Shown piece by piece: positions 1-13,599 of a stretch of 64,000 nt of DNA. Each line of letters begins with the position of its first letter. Position 1 is the first letter of the stretch. The stretch is from Callorhinchus milii (lineage: Eukaryota), in NCBI RefSeq assembly GCF_018977255.1, contig NW_024704742.1:55182001-55246000 (forward strand). The letters are read 5' to 3'. The position numbers were made by a program, and so were the translations under genes. A model generated the notes under the pieces. The model searched no databases and was not told where the DNA came from. It saw only the letters and a program-made list of their open reading frames with translations.

Positions 1-850
1 TAAATTTAGAATTTAAATTGGGTTTAACTAGAGAACAATTTTGAGGCAGTACCTGGGATATGCTGCTCTTGAAATGGCATAGCTACAATATGGGCTACCA
101 GCATTCTGGGCAACTCTAGTTCGAGAATTACTTATTGATTTACTTTGAGAACAACATTCAATTTTATGGAATCCATTCCTTCTTTAAAATGCAAAGCAAG
201 CTGTTTTTTTTTAAAAAAAGTTATGTTTTTCCTCCAAATTTACTCAAGTCATTTGGTCAGTATCCTACACCAAGATAGTCCAACCTTTTGGTTGTTGAGG
301 GCTGGATGCTGGATTTGAGAAACATCCATGAGGCAACAAGCAATATTTTAGCCTTCCCTTCCAGAAACATAACCCATAAAAATCATATGGAAATCCTATG
401 GTTTAAATTGTGTAACTGTATAAAGTAATTTCACTATATTTTATTTACAATGCAAACTCTAAATGTGCAACATGAAAATTCATATAAATTTTAAAACAAT
501 AAATTATCAATATGGTACATAGCTGCAAGAATAATCATTAAATCCAGAGTAAACACTGAAAGTGAACAAAATAATTAAGTTAATTAAAATTTAAATTAAA
601 ATAAAATTCTGTGGTTTTAAAATATGGAATACCTTTTTAAAATACTCCCACTGCGACTCTCTTCCTGTAGCTCACTACACTGTAGCTCCTCACAGAGACT
701 GCCTGGAATAGAGGCGCAGCCGGGAGGTAAAGCAATAATAAAGTCTGAAATGTTCGCAGGATAGATTAAATCATCCCCCAGGCCTGACGCTGCCTGTGGG
801 CCACCATTTGGCCTGTACTACACAATCGAATCTTTACCTTTTGCTAATTT

Positions 851-1278
851 AATAATCTCTGCATTTGATATAGCACCTTATCATATCAAAATGTTTCAAA
901 GCATTTTATAGAGTTGTACTGTAAGTGAAATGACTATTTGTGGGTGAATAAGGCAACCAATTGGCAGACAGCAACATTCCACAAGCAGCCATGAAACAAA
1001 TGAACAGTTTTGTACAGAATCTGGGGGATTGTTGGCCAGGACATCAGGAGGAACTCCCTCTACTTTCTTTGGTGGATCCTTAATTCCACCTGAACAGGGA
1101 GACAGGATCTTGGTTTAATGTCTCATCTGAAGGGTGGCTTTTCCAACAATGCAGCACTCCCCCAGCACTGTTTTGGAGTGTCAACCTTGGTTGTGAGTTT
1201 AAATTCCCCAACATGGGACATGTGCCCACAACCTTGCGACTCAGAACAAGAACGCAATGAGTAATGCCAGACTGACAC
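851..1278 (-). mobile_element. Deu-domain SINE (SacSINE1/AmnSINE1-like)
   Basis: + strand ccacctgaacagg..ggtttaatgtctcatctgaagg..tgcagcactcccc is the reverse complement of the Deu core; tRNA head at right, L2-type tail at left. Confidence 0.8.
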
Positions 1279-1487
1279 CTGGCTTTGAGAGATTTACACA
1301 GCATATTTCAGAAACAGAGTTTAAGAGCATCCTGCGTGCAAACAAGTCACTCTGACATAAATGGGGTGGGGGGGAGGGGTGCGTTGGGAGACACCAGTGA
1401 AGGCCAGACGATCTGCCAAAACAATATTGCTCGCCAGTGTCCTGATTGCTGGGCTACAGGAGGTCACCACCTCCTGCCTCATCACCA

Positions 1488-1615
1488 TACACACACACAC
1501 ACAGCAGAGACGCACACACACACACACACACACACACAGACAGACAGAGAGAGAGAGAGACATATACACACACAGTCAGAGAGAGAGAGACATACACACA
1601 CAGACAGAGACACAC
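1488..1615. repeat. Compound (CA)n/(GA)n microsatellite
   Basis: Direct reading. Confidence 0.95.
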
Positions 1616-2779
1616 CGCAGTTATTTTTACAGGTGTTTGACGGCGGCATTTGTTTATCGCGGACGGTATTGTTTGTAGCAGATTCCGTGGAAAAATTACA
1701 GCCTCACCTTTCTATTGGCTCAGGTTAACAAACTGGAAAGCAACTGATTTGGGAACGTTTGAGAATTTTCTCAAAGACCTCAAAACCTCAAAAACAAAGT
1801 TCTCAAAACCTTGAACCTTCTTTCAAGGTTCACTTTAAAATTAAAACTGCCTTCCTTTCAAATAAACTGTGAAATTTATAGCTTTTAGTTTTGATCAGTG
1901 GCAAACGGTTCGGCACCTTCATTCAGTGAAATAACTGGATACAAATAGCAATAATTCAAGTTTATGGGTGCAGAGGTTATTGGAAATTCCATGAAGATTT
2001 AACTTCTTAATAAATTTAGCTAATGTGAACAGATTTGCATTGATAACATGTAACTGTGCACTTATCTATCACATCTTTCTTCAAGGCTGCTTTCCCATCA
2101 AGAAAAAAAAACTAGAATTGCTCACTGCTACTAAACTAAAAACCTCCATTATTCATAATCTCAACTACTCAAGAAATGGATACCAAAGGTTTAAATTATT
2201 TAAGGACAAGGAAAAATTTGACAGAATAACACTAATGGACAGGAAATGTTGCACAAGTGGCCAGCACAAGTCAGTAAGTTTCACTAACCTGCTTAAAAGA
2301 CAATCAATTAAAAAATAAATCTATTTTAGGTGCATCAAAAAAAAAGTCGCAAACATAACAGATGACATAAAGGAACAGTTAAGTTTGAGGGATGGAAAAA
2401 AAAAGGATGAGAAGGTCTTGAGACAAGTTACAAAAAACACCCTGTAGTGAAGGCCACTGAGGTAAATTTGTTCTCCAGCAGACCAGCACAAACTGAATCT
2501 TGTGCACATATGGGAATTATTGCCAAATTCCATTTACAAACCTACCAAAGCATTCTACAAGACATCGAGTGAGTTAATGACCGTAATTTAAAATATGGCA
2601 GAAAGTTTTTCAGTTGAACAAAAAAACAGTAACAGACGATGGCTTCATTCAGCCTCAGATTTGTCAGTACAAACTTATACCCTGAATTGTGCCCATTTGC
2701 TGTAGGAAGCAACATTTTTTTATTAAAAAAAGAACGTTTAAATTCTAAGAGCCCTCTAATGAGTTTGTAATAATAAGCC

Positions 2780-3201
2780 TAATAATCTTTGCATTTGATA
2801 AAGCCCTCTATCACATTGTTGAAACATCTCAAGGTACTTCACGAGATTTATTTTAAAGTGTAGTGACTATCTGTAAGTGAACGTGGGAGCCAATGTGCAC
2901 GCAGCAATGTCTTATAAACAACCATGAAGTGAATGACATTTTATTTGGCAGATTGTTGGCCAGGACACAAGGTAGAATAATGAACTTACCGTTCACTATT
3001 ACCTCATTGAGCTCTTTTGAAATAGTGCCATGGGAGCTTGGCCATTTACCTGAACAAGCAGACGGGACCTCAGTTTAACAGCTCACCTGAAGGATGGCAC
3101 CTCTGACATTGCAGTGCTGTCCCGACACAAAGTTCAAAGTCCCAACATGGGGCTTGAACCCAAAACCTTCTGATGTAGAGTCAAGGGTTAGCCAGGCTGA
3201 C
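2780..3201 (-). mobile_element. Deu-domain SINE with a small foreign insertion at ~2972-3011
   Basis: cctgaacaagcagacgggacctcagtttaac..ctgaaggatggcacctctgac..ggcttgaaccc. Confidence 0.8.
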
Positions 3202-5330
3202 TGTTTCATACAGTAATAATTTTATAGGTCAGAAGCTTAGCAAACTCTATCGTTCTACTTTTCCTAAATACTTATGAGCAATGCAAAAAAAATCTATAGA
3301 ATCTGCTTATGAGGCATGGGGTCTGTAAAATCCCAACCAGCTTCATAATAGCACACAATTGCTAGTCAGCGCTTCTCCACAGTGACATTGTGAATACGTG
3401 GTGCAGAAAGCTGGCTTCCCACACATTACTAAACAGCTCACTTCCAGGTTATCATCATCAGGTCATTGATACCCTATAGCCCATTGCACAGTGTAATAGC
3501 ATTACAAGCCAATCAGTGTTACAAGCTAACCATTTATAACAGGATTCTACTGTACTTCTGACATGAACAGATAACTAGCATTTCTCAATAATCCTTCAAT
3601 CCAAAAATAGTTTGTCCAAAGCAAATGAATAGTAACTAATACATTTGCAGTCCCACCTATTGGTTACATGCAGAGGAGCAGGGGAGAAAAAATAATGATA
3701 ACATCTCACACTTCTCTTAGCTAAACTGGATTCAAGTAGATTTTGAACAACGTCTTCCAAACAAAACATCCAAAAAAGGGTTCAGGCTATTTATATTTCA
3801 CTGGGTTCAACCGAAGCAAAATAAATAAATGAACTTAATTCAGCTGCTGTCAAATAGGAGCCTAGAAAGCAATTCAATAAGCATTATGAATAAAGTTCAA
3901 ATAAATGCAAAGCCTCCTTTGATTAACCTTAACCAATATACTGTCATTTAAGGTTCAGGTTCTCTGATTTGCATCGCTTGAAAACAAAGCCAGTTCTCCC
4001 GAACATTTACATCTGTCAAATGGAAGACATCAAACAAACCAAAGTAGAATAATGAACTTACCGTTCAATTCTTATATAAGGAAAGAAGAAAACAAAAAGG
4101 ACAATATTAAAAGCTCACTCCATTATCGGTCAGCATTTTTACTCAATGGCCAAATTATCAGCAGTTCTGCTTTAGCTGCTCAGTCAATTGCGACATTGTA
4201 CAAACAGGTTCACTGCAATCTGAAACAGCAGCTTGTATTAAAGGCTCTCTCATGGGATTGCTCTTTTTTCAAGCATTAACTCAGCCATGTAACAGTAAGA
4301 GAGGGTAAGCATCAACGTTTTCAGACAGTTTAGAATTTGTAGTGACTTGGCAGTACTTCGCTATATTCTGCAGACACCTCTCTGTAGGCGGCCTCTTTCT
4401 CAATGTGGTTAAATTTCCTGTGCAGCAGTTCAAGGTCCAATCCCCAGTAGTTTCGAGCAGCCACTGAGAGCCAAGTTCACCAAGTTTCTTTTGTAACTCT
4501 GAAATGGGAGGATTGATTGTCAGGCTCTGTGGCATTTGGTGTTGCCTAGCAAATTGATCTTCCCAGAACAAAACCAGCAAGAATGGAAAAACCACAAACA
4601 CAAATTATTTATAAAGTGACACCCTGCTAGGCTACCAGCCAACTGTACTCCACTGACCCTCATATAGAGTTGTTGTTTTAGGAGGTTAAGCAGTTTACAG
4701 CAATAATCCAAGCACAAGATAGCGAAGTTCCTGTGAAACTCATACATTGATTTTACAAACCACTTTGTAGTGAAGCTGGTTCACAAGGTGTAAGAAATAT
4801 TAACATTAGCTACAATTACTCCAAGTTGGGAAAAGTATTTCTCACATTTGATTTATTGATCAGCAATCCTTTTGAGAACGAGACAAAATACCTAAACTAT
4901 TTACTACAGACGCACACACAGGATATTATGTTATCTACATTTGTTACTAAATAACTAATGACATAAAAGCCTATTGACAAACTTTAGATTAAAAAAAGCC
5001 TTAGCAAATGTACTGAAGCCAGTTAACAATTCAGAGCTATTTTAACCTATTCATCGCCTTGGACATCCTCCCGACGTAAAAGGCGCTTTACAAATATAAT
5101 TTCGTTGATGTTATGGAAGTATCTAACAAACTCTGCAGTTTCTCATTCAGCAAATGAAATTGAGGTTAGATGGGGAATCGATACTCGCTAAAATGGTTTA
5201 CACTGGGTGGGTAAAGATTGGTTTTGATAAATGCATAATCTTGTTAAAAAAAGTTCACAAGCAAGTGGGGAGAAAGAATCCCTTTAACCAATGAATCCAC
5301 CTTGAGTAATTGAGTGGTAGTTAATCATTT

Positions 5331-5772
5331 TTGGTCAGACAGGTGTCTGACACACAGATCACCACACTTAAGAGTCCACACAAACAGAGTTCGTGCATTC
5401 CACTATCCCTAGAAATTCACAAGATATTTATTGGAATGGAATGTGCACTCTCGCCTGCTTATTTAAGGTACCTAATTAGGCATAGGTTGGCAAGAGCCAA
5501 GACTTGGAGACTCAAGAGTGTGCATTGGGATACTGCTGGAGTCCAAATAGTTAAAACTGATAGCTTCTATTGAAAGCATTGTCTGGCAAGCTTTCTTGTT
5601 GCTTGTCCAGCCTACCCATTAGGGCTTTGCCTTATAGGGTTAACATTAGTTGAGTGCAGAGTCCTTGCCCCCAGTGATTGGTCTGCCCTTTCAAGATAAA
5701 TGTCCGCCAGATAGCTGATGAGGGTACTCTGAGGCTTGGGGCAACAGTTGCTGGAAGACATTACCTGGAGTC
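5331..5772 (+). repeat. Unclassified ~550-bp interspersed repeat, copy A
   Basis: Shares ttggtcag..ggtgtctgaca, ggaatggaatg, tgtctggcaag, tgcccccagtga, cacct(t)ggag with copies at 6314, 42265, 48740, 54896. Confidence 0.75.
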
Positions 5773-5784
5773 TGAGATTGTGAA

Positions 5785-6080
5785 GAACAACAACAAATTA
5801 CATTTGTATAGCGCCTTTTCCATCAGGAGGATGTCCCAAGGTGCTGGACAGTCAGGGATCTGCACCCGAGCTAGTGGTTGGGATCAGGAGTGGAGGGAGG
5901 GGAGGGTTGGGGTAGGAAGGTGACTGAAGGCACAGTAGAAAAGGAGGGTCTTGAGGGAGGTAAGGGGTGGGGTGAGCCAGAGGGACTATGGGATGGAGTT
6001 CCTAAGTGTGGGGGTAGAGAAGCTGAAAGATACCTGCCAATGGTGGACACAAAGCAGGCCAGAGCCTGCTGAGCTCTGAG
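5785..6080 (-). mobile_element. L2 3' end
   Basis: caacaacaaatttacatttgtatagcgcc tail plus tgggatggagttcc segment. Confidence 0.8.
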
Positions 6081-6313
6081 GAACAAGTGAAGGAAGAACT
6101 GTAATTCAAAAAGAAATAGGTGGGACAAAATCGTGGCTTAACAATCAGGAAAGAATTATCCAATATTAAGAAACTTGTAGAATTTTTTTAAAATCTAATT
6201 ATGTGCTCTGCACACATCTCAAAGTACAAACATATGTAGAAAAACCCAACCCAGGCATTTTTAGGGCGGTTTCCAAGCCAATTGGAAATAATGTGAAGCT
6301 AGCAGTAATTTGT

Positions 6314-6760
6314 TTTGGTCAGCCAGGTGTCTGACATGTGGAAACCCATCACCAGGCTTAAAAGTATCCAAACCACAGTTCTACAAAGGCATGCCGCCAA
6401 CACATGGACGTTCCCTGTGTCTGGAATGGAATGCTTTTTCCTTTGAGGAACACACCCTGTTTCCAGAGAATTAGTCATAAGAAAGGCAAGGTTTATAGTA
6501 TGTCTGGCAAGCTTCCCATTACTCATTCAATCTTAACCATCAAAGGCTTTGATTCTGAAGGTTAATAGGACCTGAGTGGGAAAAATCCCTGCTCCTCCAA
6601 GTCCTGCCAATGAGGTATGTCAGCAGCAGTGCCCTGGGGTGCTGAGTACTTACTAGGCTCAGGAACCGAATTACCAATACCACCAAAGAGTCAATTTAAT
6701 TCCAACAATTCATTGCCAAGAACATCACCTTGGAACCAGCTCATCTCCAAGGAGACCCTT
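6314..6760 (+). repeat. Unclassified repeat, copy B
   Basis: ttggtcagccaggtgtctgacatg..gcttaaaagtatccaaacc..gccaagaacatcaccttggaaccag..ccaaggagacc. Confidence 0.75.
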
Positions 6761-7371
6761 CTTGTCCTCCCTCATCCCCCAGAAGATAAAGGTTTAGGCT
6801 TTCAGTGCAGTAATCACTATACACTGCTGGCAATAAACAGCATGACTCCCTTGACATACATTACTTTTCTTAAAACAATCCAGCTTTTGTCCCACATACA
6901 TATGGGGGTGGAGAAAATTATTTCTAATCTTGCTTGAGAATTCCTTGCTTTAAACCTATATTCTTTCCTCCGGCACTCAGTCTAACTCAATTAATTTGCT
7001 TAAATCAATGGCTCACATTATAAAGATCTGAATCCTTTAGATGCAACCTACATTAGCTTTAATGTTAGCGTTTTTTTTAAAAAATTGATCCAACCTCAGT
7101 CATCTTCTTCTCCATCTTAGCTAATGGATATTTGACTATGTACCATCACACAGCCAGGAAAGTTAAATATCCATTAACTTCCATTTACTACCATTAAAAC
7201 ATTATCTGCTATGGCTCGGTCCATATGCTTAACTGGCCCAGATAATGAATGCAATTTATCCTCCTAATTCTGTGTCCCACCAGAAATTTGTTCTGCTAGC
7301 CACTACCCTTTTTGTTCCCCTCCTGTCAACCCACCCATTATCATTTTCTATTTCACTCATGGTCTTGGATC

Positions 7372-9173
7372 GATGTGACCAATTTATTATTTTTTTTAAG
7401 GAATTATTACCCCCGGAAAAGCGATCCAGCAATCGACTAACAACAGGGTTCCTACTTACTACTAGGTAAATACTAGGCCCTTTCACAGGCATTGTCCCCC
7501 ACCCCCATGTCCCCTTCCACCCCATCCACACCCCCATCTCCCTCCGCCACGACTTCTGCCACTCACCCCTCCTGACACTCCTTTGCCCCCATTTCTCCCT
7601 CTTCTCTCTTAACCACAAGGATGAAGTTCTCCACCTGCTGCCTTGATCCCCTCCCTACCCAGTTGCTGGTCACTCAACTCCCCCTCCTCTCCCCCATGCT
7701 GGCCAACGCAGTCAACCAGTCTCTCTTCTCAGGCTCTGTTCCACTCCCCCTGAAAACCGCTGTCATTACACCCCTCCTCAAAAAACCCATCCTTGATCCC
7801 TCTAATCTCTCGCACTACCGTCCCATCTCCAACCTATCCTTCCTTGCCAAAGTTCTGGAACGCATTTTTGCAGGTCAAATTTGATCACACCTCTTCCTCC
7901 TCGAGCCCCTGCAGTCTGGTTTTCACCCTACCAACAGCACAGAGCCAGCGCTTGTCAAAGTCACAAATTACATTCTCTATCTGTGACCAGGACTCCCTCT
8001 GTCTCTTTGTCCTCCTGGATCTCTCTGCCGCGTTCGACACAGTCGACCACGCCATCCTCCTCCATTGGCTCTCCTCCCTCATCTATCTTAGTGGGGCCGC
8101 ACTCGCAGGGTTCAAGCGCTACTTAACCAACTGCCTCCATTTCATCTCAGCAAATGGCTTCTCCCCCCGCCCAGTCACCTGCAGGGTACCCTAGGGCTCC
8201 ATCCTTGGCCCTCTTCTTTACCTTATATATATGCTCCCTCTGGGCGATGTCATCCACAGACACTGGGTAAACTTCCACATGTATTTGGATGACACACAAA
8301 TCTACTTTGCCTCCTCCAGAACCAGGTCTGCCAATGTTCTATCAGCTTGTCTGGCAGACGTCAAGGCTTGGATAAGTGTAAACATCCTGCAGCTGAATAT
8401 GGACAAGATGGAAGCCATACTCCTTGGCTCCCGTCAACGTCTTCACTCCTGCGGATCTAAACTCCTCAACCTCCCTGGGCTCTCCCTCAGACTCACCGAA
8501 CCAGTGCGCAACCTAACCATTTGGTTCAAACCCCAACTGTCCTTCCTCCTCCACATCTGGTCCCAGACCATGACCTGGGCCATATTGCATGCCTCCGACC
8601 GTACCTTACCCCAAATGCAGCCGAAACCCTCGTACATGCGTTTGTCACCTCCTGCCTGGATTACTCCAAAGCACTTCTCGCCGGCCTCCCCAGCTCCACC
8701 ATTCACAAGATCCAACTTGTTTCAAAACTCTGCTGCCCACTTACTGACCTGACCAAACGCCATACCCACATCTCACCAGTTCTGGCCAGGCTGGCACCAG
8801 CCTCCTGTTCGTTCCTCACACCATCCACGCCACCATCAGAAGTCATGCTTTCAGCCACTAAGCCCCAAAACTCTGGAACACTCTCCCTCAATCCCTCTGC
8901 CTTGCCCCCTCTCTCAAGTCCCATCTGAAGACTTTCCTGTTCCACCGTGCTTACAGCCACTTCCCCCCTCCCCCCAGCTTGGAGTCAGGCTCCACCACTG
9001 TTAAGTGCTCCGAGACACTAACCTGATTGGAGGGTCTATATAAGTGCAAGTTCTTGTTAGGTGAAACAGAAGCATGTGGAGTAAGGAAGCTTGCCTAACA
9101 TTTCGCCTTGCTGGGAATCGAACCCAGGTCTCACTTGCAAGACGAGTGCTCTAGCCATTGAGCTACAGGACTC
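7372..9173 (-). mobile_element. tRNA-headed SINE split by the L2 insertion (body 7372-7471, head 9057-9173)
   Basis: The two pieces are consecutive parts of the SINE consensus seen at 60800-61163; taggtaaa / taggtgaaa flank the L2. Confidence 0.75.
7472..9056 (+). mobile_element. Decayed L2-clade LINE (RT region to 3' tail), inserted into a SINE
   Basis: Peptides KTAVITPLLKKP..LDP..YRPISNLSFLAKVLER, LLDLSAAFDTVDH, HMYLDDTQIY, ETLVHAFVTSCLDYS; multiple frameshifts; tail ...tataagtgcaagttcttgtt. Confidence 0.92.
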
Positions 9174-9649
9174 CCTAGTGGTATTATTATTACACCTGCA
9201 GTCTGCCAAAAATGACCAGCTCCCTCACTTGAAAAACAGCAATGGGATAGATCAGATCTGCACTCTAAAAGTGACTGAATTTGTTCTGAATAAATTATGT
9301 ATACAATTCCAACATACAAAGGCTAAATTGTAAGCAATTTGCATGCCTATTAGATCATTTGGCAAGAAATCAGACATTCTTTCCTGTTCGCATTTAATCA
9401 TTAGCAACTTTCAAAAAGATTTTAATTACAATTTTCCTTCCCCCTATTTTGTCCCCAAAACAAAGTTAGTTACTTCAGGCCTTAAAAATAAAGGATAAAT
9501 AAACCCATTCACTTATCCTAATTGACATTTTGCAATTGAAGTGAGATTCGCACAAGATGTGTACAGAGAATAGACTCTATATCTTATTAACCCTCATCCC
9601 TCTATCATAATAGTAGTGTTCCTTGATTTGATACAGTGCCCTTCAAGTC

Positions 9650-9765
9650 AGGATGATGGTATGGGGAAAGGACAGGTAAATGGGACTGAAAGGAATAGTT
9701 CTTAAAAGAGCCGGCACAGACACAATGAGCCAAATGTCCTTCTGTGCTGTAAAATTTCTATAGTT
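9650..9765 (+). mobile_element. CR1 3'UTR remnant
   Basis: tatggggaaaggacagg..agagccggcacagacacaatgagccaaatgtccttctgtgctgtaaaatttctatag. Confidence 0.65.
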
Positions 9766-12700
9766 ATATTTTTCTGTAGAAGTACTTGGACATAATTCAT
9801 CCTATTTTATATTAGTTTTTGAACTAACCATTTAAATTTAAAACCAAAGACCATATTTATAATCTAAAATACCTGAAAAAATTACCACCATTTTCCTTTT
9901 TCCAGTAGAGTTGTTGATGGACACAAGTAGATATATTGAGAAAATAATCTCATCATACATAAATAAGAATAAATCTGAATAATGGTACAAATTCATTTTG
10001 CTAATGTCAGTCAATTGAAAAGTCAGACAAGCTAAATTTCAAAGATTGATTTATTGTTAAGCGCTCCGAGATGCCGTCCGGCTTCAACGGCACTATATAA
10101 ATGCAAGTTGTTCTTCAAGTCATTTCTTTACCCATGCTGAAATTCACAGCATCAATTTCAGTTATTTTAAAATGCAACAAAATTTTTTAAAAAGTAAGGT
10201 ATTTAAATTCCAAAATTAAAGAAACATGCAGCCAAAGGTCACTATGTTGCACTAACAACATTGAATCACTAACCACGATGCTCACAGATATTGCCAATTA
10301 CTCTAAGCATTTAGAATTCTGGGGGAGAAACCGCAAATGATGCTCATGCCTTATTTTAAACCTAAAGGTATTTGACAGTTTTAAATTACAAAGCAATAAA
10401 TTCACACTTAAGATGTTCTACTCTTACATTAATTTGTGTACAAGGCAAATAATAAAACAAAACATGTAATGTGAAAATATCAAACAATCTTCTGCCTGTA
10501 AATAAAGACAATCAAACCTAGCCCTTTTTCCAGATTGTAACCAAGATTATTGACAAAATAAACATGCACTTAGTTTGTATCAATAATACTCCTTGTTTGA
10601 TTTAGTGCCTTATAATATCATCTCAAAGCACTTTACAGGTTTACAGTAAAGTGTAGTCACTTTATATTTTGTAAGTTTATCACTTTAAGTATATTTTGTA
10701 GGTAAACACAACAGCCAATGTGTGCACAGACAGCCCTGAAGTGAATGAGCAATTTTATCTGGGGGATTGCTGGATAAGACACAAGAGAAGCTCCCTTCTA
10801 CTAAAATATTCACTTATTGCATTAGTTTTCCAAAATTAAAGTCAACATTGCCTTTTGTTTACTCCTTTGACCTCCTGTAGTCTTAATGTGGAATAAAATA
10901 TCATCTGGCACAGTTAGCAATAAGTCACCTGTACATCAGTTTAAATCAAACAGTACTTCTATTTCTAAAATAAAATAAGTACTTCACCAGTGATGCACTT
11001 TGATATTATAGCTTAGCCAAGCAGATTTCTGCTGAGCATTTCAACCTCCCTGCACCCTGACCCATTTTCCTGGTATTGTGCATCAGATAGGATAAGGAAT
11101 CATCTCACTCACCTAATAATCATTCTGACACAATCTGGAGGAACAATCATTTACTATCTGCAGGAAAGGAAAATTTATTGTACTGAGTATAGTGATCAAG
11201 CACCCAAGTTTATGAAAATATGACGCAAAGTCTTAACTGGTACAACAGACTAAAGATTTGAAGCTTCATATAGAAATAATTTAAAAGAATCAACAAAAAT
11301 ATTAACCCTGATGTAGAATACTACTGTTAGGGATATTCAATTTCCTATGAAATCATAAAAATGTTCATTTCCATGGCATTTTATAATGTTACTCTATATT
11401 GGCAGCAATTAAAGCAGCACATAGAATATATATTTAACCATCAGTAATGCAAGAGGTAATTAGACAAAAAGGAAAGCAAATTAAAAACAAGCAGGGTTTT
11501 TTGTGGAGGGGAAGAAAAAGTTGCAACAAAAAACAAGATTCCAAACTTCTGTTCAAATTTAAGGTAACCCACTGTGATTTGGGATGGGGCAGGAAGAGAA
11601 AGAAACAGAGAGAGGATTAATCCTGGGGTTTTAGATAAATTCAATGCTGCAGTAATTTTAATTTACTTTGTTTCAGTTGCAATGGGAGGTAAGCATTACA
11701 TCAATCATGTGCAGAAAGAGATTGTGAACTAGATTATGGCCTAGCAGCATTGAAGCTGTTCTGTAGTATTGGACAATCACGAAGTGAAGGACATTTCTCA
11801 CCACCTGTGACCAAATGAGACAGGCATGTAATACAATTATCCAGAATTAAGTGGACACATTGTTTGCAGCTTTGTTTTCTGTGTAGGAAATTCTCTGTAA
11901 GCTGTAAAAACGTTTGCATATGATTTTGCAATAACGTTTAGATTTCGGTAACAATCCACGAAAAAGTTGCCCCACAAATTGACAACCATTTTAGTATTAT
12001 GCAAAATAAATGGCTGTGGGATAAAGTTAGAATTTGATTTCCCGCAGCTTTAAGCAATACTGTACTCCTTAATAAATGCCATGTGTAATATTTTCTGCCA
12101 GCTCATGCCAAACTGATTCAGTTTTTACATGTTGCTCCAACAGAAACAAATTGGGTTAAGACTCACAATATAATCCTTTGTCAAGTACTTAAGAGTAGCA
12201 ACATAATTAGATCATATTAAAAGCAAAACAGCAGTGCAGTAAGTTACTGCAGGGAACAATTCCTCATGCTTCTCAAAGCAAATAGAATACAGTTACGTTA
12301 ACTGAAGTTACAAGAATGGTCATTGAGGAAATGGTTAGCTGTTGCAATGGAGGGTAGTTAAGTTGTATTGCCTGAAACAACGCAAGAGAACCTTTTACTT
12401 CTATAATCAAACCACTCCACGCTGACACTAGATGTATGAAAGAAACAGTTGAAAGGTTTAATTTCCCTAACACACTGAATACCCTAAAAAAAAGAAACTT
12501 GTAGTATCCCCCACAAAAAAATTATATACTCTCCAACATCATATTAATTCTAACAAAATATTACTGGTACACTCTTAGGACAGCAATGTCTGCATTCATA
12601 GAAGGACAGATGTGCAAGAACAATTACCACAAATACAGTAACTGCACCAAAGGATTCACGTAAAAACTACGAGTACTTTAACAATGCAATTAGCAATATT

Positions 12701-13599
12701 TATAATACAACAAACGTACTCATGACAGTCTCCAGCATTACAGCACAAAACAAAGTTTCCCTAAATTTAACACAAAATTAGTTTTATAGCACCAATTAAC
12801 ACGGGTCTATTAACAGCACGCTTTGGCACATTAATCCACCATTCCAGTTAAGTCAATTTGATTAGTTTCATTATCACTAATTGCTACTTTTTTTAAAAAA
12901 AAAGTGGCCAAAGGTACTTTAATTTCCCTGAACCCACAAAGCAATACCAGAGTTAAGACTCCAGATCCATTGCAAAGTAGCCAAATTCTGATGCACTCGT
13001 TTCTATCTATAGTCCTCGTTAATTCCGGGGGTTTAATGTTTAGCCTTTGTCTGATCAAACCGCCACCGGAATCCAATGGCAATAAAGAGTTGCAAATTAA
13101 TTAATCAGAAGAAGGAGATCCGAATTGGCTCAACCCTGGTCTAAAAAAAAANGTTGAATGGCAAACGTCGTGGATGAATCGCTGGAACAAAGTTTAGCTG
13201 ACCTTTAAGTGCTGGCGCTGGTCCTGCAAGTGGTCCTGGCAGCTGTTAGAAAGACCAACCTTTTTAACATGTAAGCATCTTGTGGAAACCTGACCACATC
13301 ACCAACTCCACACTGCAGTACCAGGGGACACAGCTCACCCTCAGCTCAGCTCAGCAGTGCTCTTATTCCCCAGCTCTTTCAGTGCCAAAAAAAAAAAAAA
13401 TTGCACAATAATACATTAACTGGAACAGACTAGAAGTGCTTATTGTAAAAAGAAAAGGAACAATGCTTGAACCTGCACAAACCTTATTTGAAGGACACTT
13501 GTCAGTTTCGCACACACACAGACAGACACACACACACACACGCACAGGGCTGCACTGCACTGCACTCTGGCGTTCACTGCCAAACTATTTGATCTTCGC

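Noticed and set aside
13152..13152. Single ambiguous base n after a poly-A run
   Set aside because: Assembly ambiguity or gap marker, not biology; contiguity across it is slightly uncertain
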